Below, piece after piece: positions 62,413 through 64,000 of a DNA stretch of 64,000 nt. Position 1 is the stretch's first letter, and each line of letters opens with the position of its first letter. The notes below the pieces were generated by a model. It worked only from the letters and a program-made list of their open reading frames with translations, did not search any database and was not told the origin of the DNA. The position numbers were made by a program, and so were the translations under genes. This DNA comes from Podarcis bocagei (Eukaryota), in NCBI GenBank assembly GCA_964188305.1, contig OZ076893.1; one strand, written 5' to 3'.

Positions 62413-64000
62413 GCCTTGCTTATCTATATACTGTTTGAATGGGATGATTTGGACGTTTAAGTCATAAGTTCCTCTATTCTCAGCAGAAATTCTTGTCAAA
62501 TAATAACAGGGTGTCCCGTCCCCCGTCCCCCCCGTTGGGATTGTTGGTCAGGGAGATTTGAGCTCATGGCACTTGGGTGCCTTTTATCATTCATTTCAGT
62601 TTGAAACTAACAATACATTTTTACTTGGGGACAATAAAGTTATAAATTTAGCTCCTGGTAAAGCAAATTGGTAGCCTCAGGAATGCATCCCTCCTTAGGC
62701 TTAAAATCTAGAAGACAGGATGCATGAGGGAAAAGGAATTCCTATAGCATAGCTATACAGTTCTGCCTATGCAATTTCTGGCTGTCTTGGAGAGCAACCC
62801 CTTCCCCAGAAGAACTCCTTGCCCCACAACCAGATCTATGAGCAAAGCATGTAACAGCACCCAGGCCAGGAGTTCAGGGCTGCTCGTGCTACACAATTAT
62901 TTCCTCCAACTGCTGACTTGATGCTAGTTGGGATCATCAGCAGAGCGGGCTTGATAAAGTCCTCCTCTCTCATTGATGTCTACGGCAGTTCGTTGTTTTA
63001 AATACTGATTTAAGGGACTCCCTTGCTAACCATGCTTCAGGCTAACAGCAGTACTGTCAAAGTGCTTAACTGCAATTGAGGAGGGATTTGCTTGAGGGCA
63101 GTGGCATGCAGTTGAGGTGTGTATGTACCCAGTGTTCCTGATTTGCTAATCACATTTGCATTGTGGTTGTGGAGCCAGTGTGGCATCTGTTCTGGCCCTT
63201 ATTATAATGCCCAAGGTATTTTTTTCTATTCCAACAATGGTATAGCATTCTTGGAGTTCCACCATCACTAAATATAGAACAACAATCTGAGAAAACTTGA
63301 AAGCTGCCCTTCTCATTGTAGTCTGCCAGGGCTTATGTGGATGTATTTTGGCAGTATGGTTTGGGGATGGTGATTTACAGGAGATTGATTTTATAGGATG
63401 ACAAATATAGACTGAAAAGGAGTCCTGAGTTGTCAGCAGACTGTTGTCTTCGTAATTTGAAAGCATGAAAGGGTTGTTCTTTGTATTTATAAATAAATAC
63501 ATAAATGCTTAGAACAGAAACACCTGGAAAATTTACTTTGGATCCAAGGCTAGTGTCTGCTTGGCTCTTTTGCTCACAGTCGTGTCCAGCATGACAACTC
63601 CGAGAACTAGGCTTGTTGTAAGAAGTTATGATGTAATTTTAAAAATGCTGTTATGCAAGGGCTTTTTTCTATAACTGCTAACAATTTCAGCGTAAACCTT
63701 GCAGTGTCTTTTGGCAACTATAGCATGAGGGAGGGAAGTGTTCACTTTGCATGTGTTCCTGGTACTAATAGCTGCTCAACTTATGAAGTAATGTAAACAC
63801 AATTATTTTTAAATGGTTGTTAATGCTTGATTTCATTGAGAATAACAAGGGTTCCACATTTTGGCAAGAGTTAATAATGAGTAATAGTATGTTGAGCACT
63901 GACCAAATAACTCCACATTTTTACTATGTTTCACATAAATACACTATTATCAAAATGTTCCTTAAGTACTTTATAAAATGAATCCTTAGTTACTTGAAAA

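Noticed and set aside
813-63502. The many 60-160 aa ORFs in the track as small genes
   Set aside because: Most start at non-ATG codons, span N gaps or microsatellites, or are antisense frames of LINEs. None has recognisable host-protein content except the VPS13B exon within 52820..53053.

Overview
Eukaryotic (vertebrate) genomic DNA, almost certainly a squamate reptile and probably a lacertid-type lizard; this is inferred from the Sauria SINE, BovB, Squam3-like SINEs, CR1/L2/L1/RTE-X LINEs and lizard-type MITEs. The whole window lies inside one large + strand gene that I recognise as VPS13B (COH1). Four coding exons (9436-9609, 41199-41308, 52790-52934, 60210-60340) have GT-AG boundaries and splice into one continuous frame. 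Less than 1% of the window is coding. The rest is intron dense with transposon fragments, many with readable target-site duplications (TSDs) and several nested, plus microsatellites and two N gaps. Almost all ORFs in the supplied track are spurious or LINE remnants. I see no new protein-coding system. The best second-look items are RNA-level: a minimal hammerhead ribozyme in a Penelope-like insertion, an orphan pre-miRNA-sized hairpin, a microsatellite-built cryptic splice acceptor, two candidate recursive-splice sites, a cUUCGg L2 3' stem-loop, and repeat pairs that could pair or recombine around exons. Family names are from recognition, not from a database search.
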